This document shows positions 1 through 11,970 of a stretch of 64,000 nt of DNA, one piece after another (the stretch's first letter is position 1; each line of letters starts with the position of its first letter). The translations under genes and the position numbers were made by a program. Under the pieces are notes generated by a model. The model made no database searches, was not told the origin of the DNA, and saw only the letters and a program-made list of their open reading frames with translations. Source of the DNA: Coniocarpon cinnabarinum (lineage: Eukaryota). The stretch lies in contig JAVECO010000049.1 of assembly GCA_051942205.1 (NCBI GenBank), positions 1 to 64,000 of the forward strand. Direction: 5' to 3'.

Positions 1-1203
1 GGCAGAAAGAGGGGTGGGAAAAGAGGGTTAGAACTGAGGTTGTGCAGCAAATGCGACAGGAGGGGAATTTGCCTAGGAACAATGAGATGACGCCTTATAT
101 GCAGATGGTGTATCAGCCTATGGAGAGAAGACTGGACATGGCGGTTTATCGCGCGTGTTTTGCGAGTAGTGCAAGGCAGGCGAGACAGTTTGTGGTGCAT
201 GGGGGTGTTAGGGTCAATGGGGTTCGAGTAAGTATTGTTCATCTGATCTTATCTGGCGTTTGGTGTGGGTAGAACATACTTGGGAGCAGATGAGCTAACG
301 CCATGATGCTAGATGCGTTATCCAGGCTACCAACTCAATCCAGGCGACATGTTCCAATGCGACCCCGCGCGCACCCTCTGGGGACTCGGCGAAAACGCCG
401 GGCCCCTCGGTCGGATGAGGCAAATCATGTCCACAGACGTCTCTCAGTTGAAATATCCAGCCCCTCTTCCGTCAACCTCCCGAAAGGCCTCAACCCTCAG
501 CGAGGCCCAGCAACAACAGGACGAAACCAACACCACCCTCGCAGACCAAGACGTTGCCGACCTCGAAGATACCGCCAATGAATCCGCCCTCGATGTCGCA
601 GATTCGGATGCGACTGAGCTCAAACAACGGAAGACTCGCTTGAAGAACTTGCTGAGTCAGACACGCGAACTCATTGAAAAGGGAAAACAGAAGAAAAGTA
701 TGAATAATGCCACGAAGCAGCGCTTTCGCGCTCTCATTAAGGATTTGAGACTGGCGCAGGCGCAGGTGAATAAATGGACGGATACTCGCGTTGAGAGCAT
801 GGAAGATCGCTTTTCGACACTTTCCGACTCTCTTCGGAAATTCTCACGCGCCTCTTCTTCCTCGCAAAAACCCGCCTCAGACTCAAATTCCCAACAAAAC
901 AGTTCACAAAGTCCTGAATCAAATACACCGACTGGTCAAGAAAAGGGCGAAGATGGGAAAGCGCTGACAACAGACAATGAACCCGAATGGCGCCGCAAAG
1001 CTCGCATGGGACCACGCTGGGTGCCCCGGCCCTTCATGAGTCCCTTTGTGTTTGTCCCGCAATACTTGCAAGTCGATCACGCGCTCTGTGCGGCGGTGTA
1101 TCTGCGGCATCCGGTTTGTGGACCGGGGTTTGCGGAGGTGCCGACGCCTTTTGGGGTTGAGGTGGGGGGACTGGCTTTTAATTGGTATTTGAGGAGGAGG
1201 TGA
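1..1203 (+). CDS. NAM9: Mitochondrial small ribosomal subunit protein uS4m (5' partial)
   Basis: S4 RNA-binding motif [33 protein letters not shown], continued after intron 228-312 (GTAAGT, GCTAAC branch, TAG) by [15 protein letters not shown]-terminus [15 protein letters not shown]...[10 protein letters not shown]...EVPTPF...AFNWYLRRR is typical of fungal Nam9. The start lies outside the window. Confidence 0.9.
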
Positions 1204-2159
1204 GCGGCTGTGCGGGGAGAGCGGGTGTGATGGTGGTGATGTGAGTCTGTGAGGCACGGCAAGGCAATGGGAGTGGAGGAGATGTGGAAAGAGGTGGGGA
1301 ATTCTGAGACGGAAGTCCTGATGGAGGGTGTGTATGATATGGACATGTGTCTGGATTTGTACATTTGGGACTAGAATAGAAGGCCGATCTCCTGGTCCTT
1401 CTGAGAAGGGCTCCGGCAACACCACTCCAGACCTCATGGAAGATGTTTGAATTCGGGTAGAGAACTGAAGTTGAAGTTGGATATAGAATGCAGTTCTGAT
1501 CCATCCATGTCAAGACCCTCGAGGTTCACTACGCATGCCCGGCACCGAGCCTCTCACAAGAGTTATCCAGGCATTCATCACTGTCCCTCACGTCAATCAC
1601 ACTGCTGTTCTCAATCCTCCTACATACGTCGCTAATCTCAACCGTCCGAATGATCCCAACTCTCCGAGTATACAGTAAGATTCTGAACACGCATGTCTTA
1701 ATCTTATGTCACCATCTCGATCGTATAGTCCTTTGCGCGTTGTCGGGACATTGAGTAGCTAAGCCAAGCTTCGCCGCCAACTTTACACACTGCTTGATGC
1801 TAGAGAACGTGCATAGCAACATTGAACCCAAGAGACATCTCGCCGTCACGACTAATAAACAGAGCATCGAGTCGAAATGACAAAGGAGCAGTGCAGTAAC
1901 GCGAATTCAGACTTGCGGAATAGGACCATAAGAGTGTATGTAGTCAGTAAGCTAAAAGGCATTTGAGATCAATAATGGCACGACAACGATCAATTCAACC
2001 TTGCGTTCGGTAGCGTATTAAGAATGGTGCTGTCGGAGACGGTCCTGCGTAAGGGGTATTCTAGCTAAGAGACGCGACTCAAAAGACAGCTCGACACGTC
2101 TCAATGCCGGAGCTAAGAATCGTCGCTTCTTCGAGGTGGATTTGGATGGGGCGTGATAG

Positions 2160-2440
2160 AATTTGAGTTGGGCTTCATTGGGCTGGAGTTAAGCTTGAAT
2201 TCAGGGTAAATCAGCGGGATTTTGGTACGGATTGGGTTTGAGTTGAGTCTGGATCGGATCGGGTTGGACTTGGCCTGGGCTTTGGCTAAGGCGTGAATTG
2301 GACTTCGCTTGGGCTCTGCGTTAGGCGTGAATTGGGCTTGAGTGGGCTTTAGTCAGGCTTGAGCTGGGTTGAAGTTAGGTCGGCGTGGGACTCTAGTCAG
2401 GCCAAGTTGGGCTTGAATTAGGCTCAAGTTGGGTACGTTG
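2160..2440. repeat. Degenerate G/T-rich low-complexity repeat (about 5-nt period; TTGGG/TTGAG/CTTGG units)
   Basis: Recurrent units such as ttgagttgggcttcattgggctgg, ttgggtttgagttgagtctgg and ttgggcttgagtgggctt, with strong G+T skew on the + strand. Confidence 0.6.
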
Positions 2441-4297
2441 CTTGTTGATTTGTGGAATTGGGATAAGTGAGCATGTCGCTGAATATGCTCACATCGCAAG
2501 AGTATGATGACTCGAGCCACGACTTTCAAGGTGCATACGGTGAAATATTGAGGCCCAAGACGCGGGTTTTGAAGACATGGGAAGATGTGGGCTGCCAGAT
2601 GTAGACTCCCAAGTTTCGGGTTCTCCAAATCTGGAAGAGTCAAGTCAAATGCACTTCACACATCGCGTCGCCCTCAAAGGAATGGCAAATGCAACATACT
2701 ACCAAAATGGCGTGAGTCTGAGCCCTTGGAGCGATGAGAAATATATCAGAAGTGAGATCGAGATGTCACAAGATGAATCAGCTCTGTCGATTAGGAACTG
2801 TAAAAGCAGACGGAACGACCCATGCTTACGCCGCGGGTCAATGGAATAATTCTGAGATGTAGATGAGGCAATCATATTTTGAGGTTTCGTCTTTATATAA
2901 TAAAAGACCCTTCGCATTGTTTGCAATTTGATAGTAGTGAAGAGCGGCAGCTCTGCGTTCTATCAGCTTATGAGAGCTTATTACGATATTACTTCAAGTT
3001 GAACATAGCCATTTTGCTAGGCATGTTCCGAGAGGAAACTCTCTACAGACACCGATCTACAGCACGATAGCACAGCTTTTTGGCAGCGAGAAGTAGTATG
3101 AACGCAACAGATGGAGATGCTATGAGAGAGATGTTGTCGAGAATGTGATACTCCGAGCGGAACAACATCATGCTCTCGCAGCGTCTTACCACAAGACAGC
3201 AAATCGGGTTCATAATCAAAAGAATGCAAGGAGCTTGAAGGGCTCTAGGAACATTGAGACAAGCGCATTCAAGCACGTGAGGATAAAGTAAGAAGGCCGT
3301 TGCATGACACTCCGGCATTTTCGTGAAAAAGCTGAAGAACGAAGGCAGATTTCTCATTGAATATTGGGCTCGAGTTTAGTAAACTGCTGTTGTTGAGGTA
3401 GAACTCATGCGCTGAGGTTGGCGCGTCTGCGTGCAATGGGTCAGCCCTTCGAGTAGCGGGCTGTGCTTGGGTATCGAGATGAAACGCGATCATGGATAGT
3501 TAAGAGACTGTCATGTCGCACCTAACACGAGGCGCGGCGCTCGATCTCAGCCAAGTGCTTTGGGGTGCTTCGGTTGTTGAACCAAGCAAGGGTCGTTTTG
3601 TATCTCTAGCCATTGAGCATGTTTATGCCCGGAGGAATCTTGTGTTTCGCATCGCAAAGCCCCACGGTTCTCTATTAAGGGACGTCGCAAGGAGGTTCAG
3701 GACGCTGCTCTTCTTATCCAATCTCTAGCTCTTGACTGAGAGTGCTAAGCTGATCTAGCTCCCATGCACCTCACTAACATTGAACGCCTGCTCCTCCAGG
3801 CGGTTGTGATATCGATTGTGTCACGCGATGGTCAAACGTGAATACTGACATTGTTGATGATAAGTTAGTTAAAGCAAAAAATGTTTGAATACCACCATTC
3901 AAAAACGGGACGTCAAAACTATGCAAGAGGTATTATAAACTCGAGATTGTTTGACAGGGCACCAGGGTCTCTCGGAAGGATTTGACAAGTGCAAGCCTGG
4001 CCATGGCTCTCTAAGTCTGATAGCTGCTCATCAAGACCTCTGAATCAACCTAGTTGCGAAGCTCGCTTTCATGTTGATCACGAAACGCGGCATTCGGTGC
4101 ATCCGCGGCCATCATTGTGGAAAAAGAATGCTAGTCCTGGGGGGAATAAGACGGAACGGACATGTCCTCATCCTGCTGTTCTGGTAGTCATAAGCGGTCG
4201 ACGGCCGTCTGATGGATGCTCCTGCATCATGATGAGACAGTGATGCGTCCAATATTGATATTGCTAGGTAAGCTTGTCCCATGCTCTGCAGCAAAGC

Positions 4298-6190
4298 TCA
4301 CAAACTGTGCAAGGCCTGTCTCAGTCCTTTCTTGTCATACTTGACGTACTTGCCCTTGCCCTTGTCAATCTCATGATATCGATCCCAGAAACGATCATAC
4401 AGCGGTTCGACAAACTGGACGACTTCTTTGACCATGAGATCTCTGACTTCGTTCTCCATCTTTAGTCCACGACATCTTGCCATGATTTCGTCGAAGCTCT
4501 GATTGAAGTTTTTGAATTTCTCCTTAGTCGCATCGCGGTCTTTGCTTGAAAGGTTCTTCACGATAGACATGCTATCTGTGCTTCCACTGATTGAATTCGA
4601 GGCTGGTCGTCCGGTACCGCTGGTACGATTGGTGTACAAGACGTCGCGGAGATAACCGGCACACTCTTTGAACGCATCTGTATATAATGTCACGCCCTTC
4701 TTGAGCATGTCGTTCAGGCGGTTCCTTGTAGCATCGGCAACCAGATTGGTCAAATCAGAAGTGAAGATCATGCGCTCGACAACTGTGGCGTTGTTCGCAA
4801 GGAAGACGCCCTGATGTGACTTGCCTTTCAGCATGCTCTTGGCCTTGCTCTCGATTCCCTGCAGAAGTACGCCAATCATGTCATCGGCATACGCGCTGAA
4901 CAGCTCGTTTCCGCTCACGCCCACGTCAAGTTTGCTTGCTGCTCCAGCACTACTCCCGCCACGCCAGCCACCCTCACCGACCGATGCAAGGATGGATGAT
5001 AAGGGCTGCAGGTACGATGTCATCGTTTGCAGACGTTGCATGGTCTCGCCTGTGAGCGGTACGGCTGTTCCGTCCGGTGGGAGTGACATGAGCGCATTCA
5101 CGCGTGACTTTGTGTCATCGTAGAGTCTTGAGAGGCTATACTTCGCGGTCTCACGAATCGGTCGCAACGCGTCCTGAACTGGCTGGCGGAGCTCTGGATT
5201 CTTGCCTTCGAGACGAAACGACAGGCCATTGACGATCTCTACAATCTCGAAGGCGAGGAAGCAGTCTGTGATGACGTGATGTTTGATATGTGAATGCAGG
5301 TCCTTTAGGACGCTGAAGAGCTGGCTTGTAGCGTCGTTCGTTGTCAAGCTGTGCAATCGAACCCATTGTTCGCGGTTGAAGATAGGACAGATATTCTCAT
5401 ACTCCACGGCGAACATTTGCTCTAGAGCTGTTGCATACGTGCCAATGCCAGACGTGCCCTGGCGGTAGATGGCGCTGGAGTCCGTCTTACGGACTGTGCT
5501 CACTGAAGCCTGGGCTAAGTTCTGCAACGACGTTGACAGATACGGTCCACGGATCTCAGAATAGATCTGGAAGCTAGCAAGATCTTCTGATTGTTGCATG
5601 GGTCTCTGAGAAGGGCTGTTGGTCATGTACTTATTGATGTATCGCAGCTTGGAGGAGTTCTGTTCTGAGATCATTGGAAAAGGTTGACCCTTGGTGATGT
5701 AGCGAAGAGGTTCAAGAGGTGCAGCTTCTTGCTGCAGAGTATCTCTGAACGCATTCTCAAGTTCGGCCGTGCCAAACTTGAGTATGTAGGTCAGCTCAGC
5801 AATGGCCTCTTGGTTGGACTTCAGATTAGTGTTGCGCAGGTTTTCTAACGCTTGACTGGCGCGGTCCATTGACGCGACATAATCTGCTAACTCGATCCTG
5901 CCAAGTCCCGCGCGAATAACATCTTCTTCCTTTCGTCTCCGATCAAGTGGCTGTCGAATGTTTTCGATAGCCTGGTTGATCTTCTCGATGTTGGAGTTTG
6001 TGACTTGCAGTCGCGACGTGTTGCCATAGATAGGTCGAATGGCAGCCTGCACGCTTCGTCCGCTGGAGTCCAGTCGGCCTAGAGATCCGTGTATCTTCTT
6101 TGTTAGGCCCTTCAACTTCTCCATATTCGCCAACAGAACCTCCACCTCCGCGCTCTCCTCGGTATGCGTTACACGCGTCATGCCGGGCAT
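4298..6190 (-). CDS. EXO70: Exocyst complex component Exo70 (single exon)
   Basis: About 630-aa open frame with AEVEVLLANMEKLKGLT...IRPIYGNT at the N-terminus and KEKFKNFNQSFDE...PLYDRFWDRYHEIDKGKGKYVKYDK at the C-terminus. Start placed at ATG 6190 (MPGMTR); the ORF track begins at an upstream TTG. Confidence 0.93.
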   Translation of the reverse strand: MPGMTRVTHTEESAEVEVLLANMEKLKGLTKKIHGSLGRLDSSGRSVQAAIRPIYGNTSRLQVTNSNIEKINQAIENIRQPLDRRRKEEDVIRAGLGRIELADYVASMDRASQALENLRNTNLKSNQEAIAELTYILKFGTAELENAFRDTLQQEAAPLEPLRYITKGQPFPMISEQNSSKLRYINKYMTNSPSQRPMQQSEDLASFQIYSEIRGPYLSTSLQNLAQASVSTVRKTDSSAIYRQGTSGIGTYATALEQMFAVEYENICPIFNREQWVRLHSLTTNDATSQLFSVLKDLHSHIKHHVITDCFLAFEIVEIVNGLSFRLEGKNPELRQPVQDALRPIRETAKYSLSRLYDDTKSRVNALMSLPPDGTAVPLTGETMQRLQTMTSYLQPLSSILASVGEGGWRGGSSAGAASKLDVGVSGNELFSAYADDMIGVLLQGIESKAKSMLKGKSHQGVFLANNATVVERMIFTSDLTNLVADATRNRLNDMLKKGVTLYTDAFKECAGYLRDVLYTNRTSGTGRPASNSISGSTDSMSIVKNLSSKDRDATKEKFKNFNQSFDEIMARCRGLKMENEVRDLMVKEVVQFVEPLYDRFWDRYHEIDKGKGKYVKYDKKGLRQALHSL

Positions 6191-7365
6191 CTTGCATATG
6201 AACCCTTTAGCGCATAGACAGAGTGCGCAAGCCCCACGAAAATTATATTTGTTCCATGATTTCAAGTGAAAGGGTCAAGAAATCAGTGCAGCCCGGTTGA
6301 GCATAGGTAGGACCTGGTATAGTCACGTGACACATAATATCATGGCAGATGTGGACTCCCACACAGCACGCAATGTTATGTCATAATTCTATTGGCTAGC
6401 GATTTCCTCGACATCGACGCTGCCACCGCAGAGGATAATAATCACACTTCGAAAACAATATATCTGTCCTAGTATGTTCTGGGAACGGCTTTAAGAGAAC
6501 TTCAGAGCCTTCAGCGTGCTGCCAGACATCCATTCCGATCCCGGCAACGGGCTTAATCCGTGTCATAGCAAGTGGAAATGACGCTTGGCATTGTATATGC
6601 CTGAAGTCAGGCAAGTCGGCAAAATCACTAATTACTATATTCTACTTAGTAATAGTCGCGTTCTGCACGCAGCAGCAGATATTCGACTATATTCGTACGC
6701 CCGAACGAGTTTTGCGTGCCCAAACTTGAAAGCTTCATGGAATAGCAACATATCGTTGGAAATGATTCTAGCTTCGAAGGCAGCGTTAGGGACAAAGTGA
6801 GTCTGCTGATGCATCAACGCGGTATTGCTACAATGATCTCTATTTGGATCGCTCTGGCCCCCTTTCTCGAGTCAACACAACTGGATCCACGAGGGACATC
6901 GCAAGGATGCGCTATGCCATATGGAAAAGTCAGTCAGCGCGTGAAGGCGGCTTAATCTGGGGTCCTCGGAGCTAGCGATGCCGCGCCAGTTGAAGAGAAT
7001 TACTAAACCATGATAGCTCGGAGTAGGTGAAGTAATCTTGTCTGTAATTCACGTTAGATGGATGTAGGCGGCTGAGCTTGTGAATTAGTACTTCCATAGC
7101 TAAGTAGCCTGCTTTATTTTTTGGTTTGAACCGACCTCGATTTTCGATGCATTAGCACGCGCTAGAGGTTCTACAAAGCGGAAAGTCCGATCTGAAGAGC
7201 CTTCAGCAAAGTATGGCTCAGGGATCAATGTACGCATCAGTAGTTGTGCACTGACCTGGAATTTCAATCGAAATTGCCACGTAAGGTTCGTGAATGTCAA
7301 AAGCCTGCATACAGAACCTCTTGTGCCTCGCTTACACGAACCAAATCCACGAGCGTAAAGATAGG

Positions 7366-7854
7366 TCAGCGTGAGCCTTCTAGGGACATGAGCGATGCCA
7401 ATCGCAACGGTTCCTGAGCTATTGGCAGTGCGTCTCGCGATGGCGGTAGCGCAGTGACCCATGCCGGCTTGAGAAAGTGGCGCTTCGAACTCGGAAACAC
7501 CCAATTATGCAGCCGATGCGGATAGATCGCTCGCAACCCCGCCGCTTGCAGCGCAAAGGCCGTCCACTCGTAGTGTATCCGAGGGAAATGTTCACCAGGT
7601 CTGTTTCGGAACCTGAAGACAACGACGTGTTGCAGAAAGGGATGCCGGAAACATTCCATGGGATTGGGGCGAGTGTGTGGCCAGTCTGCGTGCAGGAAAG
7701 CGAGCAGTCTCGGCAAGCTTGCGAGGAGCCAGTCGTGCCATTCCCAGGGGTGGTTGGAGAGCTCGCGAGGTGTGAAATGGACTTCGAACTCTATGAGGTA
7801 GTCACTCGTACGATTGCTTCGTATGTTGTATTCAGTGACGTTGTGCGAAGTCAT
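7366..7854 (-). CDS. Possible orphan protein (162 aa)
   Basis: ATG-initiated ORF with globular-looking composition (IEFEVHF...WHDWLLASLPRLLAFLH...HVVVFRF). No family recognised. Confidence 0.25.
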   Translation of the reverse strand: MTSHNVTEYNIRSNRTSDYLIEFEVHFTPRELSNHPWEWHDWLLASLPRLLAFLHADWPHTRPNPMECFRHPFLQHVVVFRFRNRPGEHFPRIHYEWTAFALQAAGLRAIYPHRLHNWVFPSSKRHFLKPAWVTALPPSRDALPIAQEPLRLASLMSLEGSR

Positions 7855-8429
7855 GAATGTCGACTGCCTTTTGAACTCCTCCGCGTGTCGCGATGATGGT
7901 CTTCACCGGCGCGTGTAGACCGAATGACGCGACGGTGGACGCGACGGTGAACGCTGCTTTTGGATGGTCCTGACAGTGGGATATTACGTAGGCGCTTCAA
8001 TGCGATCGATGATGCGCATTTTTGCGAGCATTGTGCAAGGAAGCTAATTTGATTAAGTGTTTGACGAAAGGATGGCGCAAAGCATGACTGGCATCAGGGT
8101 CACAAGGAAAACACATCGTTCTAGATGCTGTTTTCTTGACAAGAAGTGGACACATATCACCAAATACCATGCACATCTGGCCTGAGACGTTCGTTGTTAT
8201 CTTCCCAAGCCAAGGATTTTTGAATTTACTGCGATGCGTGTGTTATGAGGACGTTTCCTTGGAGCGACGGTCCGTGAAAGGAAATTACAAAGAGCTGCAG
8301 AGGTCTGAGATGGGCAGGAAAAACTTTCTTCGTAAGTAAGTATTCGAATAAATGAAATATATTATCTAAGTCAAGCTTCGAAGAGCAGGGAGGATTCAGG
8401 AGGTTTTTAAAAATGCCTGATGTTTCAGG

Positions 8430-11400
8430 CTAACAGTATAGTGTCTTAATACTTCAAATCAATGAAATCTTCCATTTCGTGTAGTCTTTTTAGCAGTAAT
8501 CCCAAGATTATCGAAATCTTTGCGCAGTCGAACCAGCGCTTCCTCCTGAATATTGACGAGCGTTCACTTCATTCTGTGTTCATGGCTGGCCAATGTCGAG
8601 CTAACACTCACACCATGCCTGTAGTTGTCTATCGAATATTTTCCACAACCCCTGCCTTTCGTGACGCTGTTTCGAGACCCTCGTTCTGTGAAACAGCAAA
8701 TGCAGCTCCACTGACTACCCAAAAGCGTTCAAGCTTCGTCCATTGCACACATCCGAGACGCTCGAGTCGAGTCTTCGTACAGTGCTTGAATACTTGTTTG
8801 GTGTCCAACCCAATGCTTCGTAGAATCGATGCTCTCAGTTGTCTGCGAGCCTTTTCTCCTTGTCTGATGGAGGATGGCATGGCCGAGTCTAACGCTCGAA
8901 TATCCGGAACCGGTCCTCCTCGTGGAGTTTTCAAGTTTATCTGTGGCTCTATCGGCCTCCTCGTAAAATTCTCTGTCGGCTAGTTCGACTTGTCTTCTCC
9001 AGAGCTTTCGAGGAACGGAATGTTTGGAAGGGAGGAAATCCTAGAGCTTGAAGTCGTAAACACCATTCCCTGCGCCTAGAATGTAGGTGAAGAATTCTTA
9101 GGACCGATAACGTAGTAAGCCGGCTAGTTGCTGAGAACGCTACACTTGTGCGAGGGACTCTGCCCGAGACTTTCACCTCATGAACTCCTCGAGCTCGCGC
9201 TGGACTCTGCGCGTTTGCCTCAAAATTTGAATTCATTGTGCCGAGCTTTGTGGAGACGAGTCAGTGATATAGCGCTTAAAGCACTGTTAAGACTGCACCG
9301 CGAGTGCACAATCACGGCTGATTTGCCGTGACTTGGGAAGGTAGTGATACTCGTCCACCAAGGGTTTCCTGGTGACTCGGTGTTGGCACAACGGTAGTGG
9401 CTTCTGTGAAAATGAAGGAGAGATGGTCAATCGTTTGGCCGGCCCTGACTGAGATAACACCTGGAACGTCCATCAGTGCTGCCGCCGCGGATGCAGGTTG
9501 ACTGGGAAGGACAACCAGTCAATCTCCTATGGCCTTCCGCAGCTTCTGCATGTTCCAGTGCTGCTACAGCTCCAATGATCCTCGTCAGGAGCGACTTAAT
9601 GCGTTCGCGGTAATAACCAGCGAGACCTGAGTAGTAGACAGAATCTCTTGTGCTCAACGGGGCCACTGCTGCTGGCTCAAACATATTTGACTGTTTATCT
9701 CTAGCGTACCAGTACCGGTTGGAACCTGCGAGCTGTACCGACTCGTCGACCGGCCTCCCTGGGAATCTGCTGTGCTAGGCAGATGAGTAAGTAGCGTTAA
9801 AACTACGTTACCAGGCTTGATATGATGATGGATGACCGCTGACAGGGCAGTGTCTGCACCTGCACATCGAGGTGTTCACAGATCCACACCCTGGCATTGA
9901 GAGCAGCTGAAATCAACATTGCAGTGTCTGCACTTGCACATCGAGGTGTTCACAGATCCACACCCTGGCATTGAGAGCAGCTGACATCAAAACTGCAGTG
10001 TCTGCACCTGCGTCCCGAGGTGATTCTAGATCTGCACCCTGAGAGCGCGAGCAAGCGGGGTTGAGTTTCTGACAATCACCGATGCGAGCAGTTTCAGTGC
10101 CTGAAGGCTCTGAAGTGAAGCTATGTGTGCGGCAGCTTGTCCTGATTTGAGGAGGGGCGTTCGAGTGGCCCACTTGAACCTCCAGTGTTACTCGGTTGTC
10201 GTCGTCCAGGGCCTGAGAGGGCATTGACATGGTCGCATTGTTCCATCCACATGGGTCATCGTAGTCTCAACGGATTTGAGCTTCTAGAGCTCGGAGAAAC
10301 CATTCAAGGGATCCCTTTCGCTGGGATGTCACTGGTACTGGTAATTGATCCTTGAGATATTTCACGTCCTCGTGTTCGAAGCTTTGGCGTCTCGTATTTC
10401 ATCCTAGGCCAACAACGAAGTATGTTCCAGAAGTCCAAGGTGCAACCTGCTCAGAATCTTTCCAACCGTAGGAAGCTTTCGTATTGAGACACGCAGGAGA
10501 CACTCGAGACTGACCCCTTGGGAGTATTCGACTCGGTTTTGCTTCAAGCGTCGAGAAGAGCGTCTGGCGCTTTCCTCGTGGAGAAGCCCCTTCAAGGGGC
10601 CAGCGTCGGCACTGGCGTCTGCTTGAACAGAAACTCCCTGCAGCTGTTTCTTTGTTGCTTCTCGGCTTTTTGCATAGTCGATTCAGCAGCGGCGAAGATC
10701 TCCTGGCGAGCCGAGAAAGTAGGAGATGGACGCTACTGAAAGCCGGAAGAGAAGCCGACGCTGCTGCTTCTCCTCAAAGGACGAGCAGCACGGAAGATCT
10801 CCTGTGAAGTGAGAAGCGCCGCATGCAGACGCTACTTGAAGCTGGAAGAGGAGCTGCGAATCCTCGATGCATGGAGATTGACAAGAGGTCGGTGCCTCAA
10901 CGGGAACAGAGAGCACAGAGAGCAGAAATGCTTGTTGACCTGCAGCTGCAGAATCAAGGGCGCTCTCCTGGCTTGGCTTGCCCAGTATTCCTTCAAGGAC
11001 GTAACTGTCCAGTCTCTCGTTCTTAGTGTCGTGCATCGCTAAGTGAACGAGACTCTTCACGCGTTCTTCACATTCTTTGATTCCTTGTTTCGCACGACCC
11101 TGTTCCTCGGCGAAACTTGGCTTGTAATCTCTCGTGACGTTTGACGGTGTGATCCAGTAGTTCAAGACTCCTGGTGAATTTGGTCTTGAATTCCTTCACA
11201 AGGTATGATGTGTTGTCGTCGTAGCCTGGGCTTCCCCGATGGCATCTGACAGAGCCGCATGGTGATCTTTCCGATTTCTCCCCTGGCGACATTGTCGATG
11301 AGTATACAGCGCTGGATCCTTTGCAGACACCTCGCGCACAGACTGGACGGCGATTGACGAAGAGACCTTAGCGTGCACCTTCTGGATGTAGTTGATCGTG

Positions 11401-11970
11401 CCTGTTGGGTTTGTGATTGCGGCTTTTCTTGTACAGCTCGAGCGAAGAAAGGCTACGCCTGATTCGACTGCTCCGCTATGTACTGCAACGCAGCAGTGCG
11501 ATGTCGATCGCCAAAAGGCGTGTCTACACCCTTCGCGGAGCTCGTAGCCCTTGCTCTGTGGCGTAGGTATCTGCGCCTTGCGATAGGTCTCCATGGACGT
11601 CTGGCGTCGAGTTGAGAAGCTCCTAGCGGAGATGGTCGACGGTCGACAGACCCTTTGCCCGCAGTTGGAAAAGGCCGGGTACGCTCGCATCTGCACTTTT
11701 GGTCTCGAGGCCCAGTTGTTGCGAAACTGTCCGACTCCTGAGCAGCAATCTGTGTTTTAGAAAGACTTGTCGAGCTCAGCGTATGAGGCGTCGACAGTTG
11801 TTGCTCGAGAAGGTTTCAGCTTGTCATGTGCAAGGCTGTTTGATGGCGTTTGACCTTGGTAAGCAGATGCATTTGTTTCTGGCAGATGCCTTGAGAAGTT
11901 GACGCAATTGGGATCGCGTCATATAGTTGTGACTGTGTCAAGGCCTTGAGATGTAGCTGAACAGGCATTG
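8430..11970 (-). pseudogene. Probable decayed long gene (fragmented protein-like ORFs)
   Basis: Same-strand protein-like fragments in shifting frames (11816-12319, 11196-11696, 11068-11292, 10683-11165, 9913-10230, 9427-9684, 8629-8934) separated by stops and frameshifts. No family recognised. Confidence 0.3.
9847..10045. repeat. Tandem repeat, 74-bp unit, about 2.7 copies
   Basis: GCAGTGTCTGCACYTGCACATCGAGGTGTTCACAGATCCACACCCTGGCATTGAGAGCAGCTGA starts at 9847 and at 9921 (one mismatch over this 64-nt core). A diverged third copy starts at 9995. Confidence 0.92.

Noticed and set aside
2700..3730. Decayed F-box-like gene on the minus strand
   Set aside because: Only a vague resemblance (YHILDNISL...LLLAAKKL) amid many stops, which is not enough support.
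7927..7953. 12-bp tandem GACGCGACGGTG x2
   Set aside because: Too short to interpret and likely a local slippage duplication.
9847..10045. CRISPR-like array
   Set aside because: The units are contiguous tandem copies without unique spacers, the context is eukaryotic and there are no cas genes.
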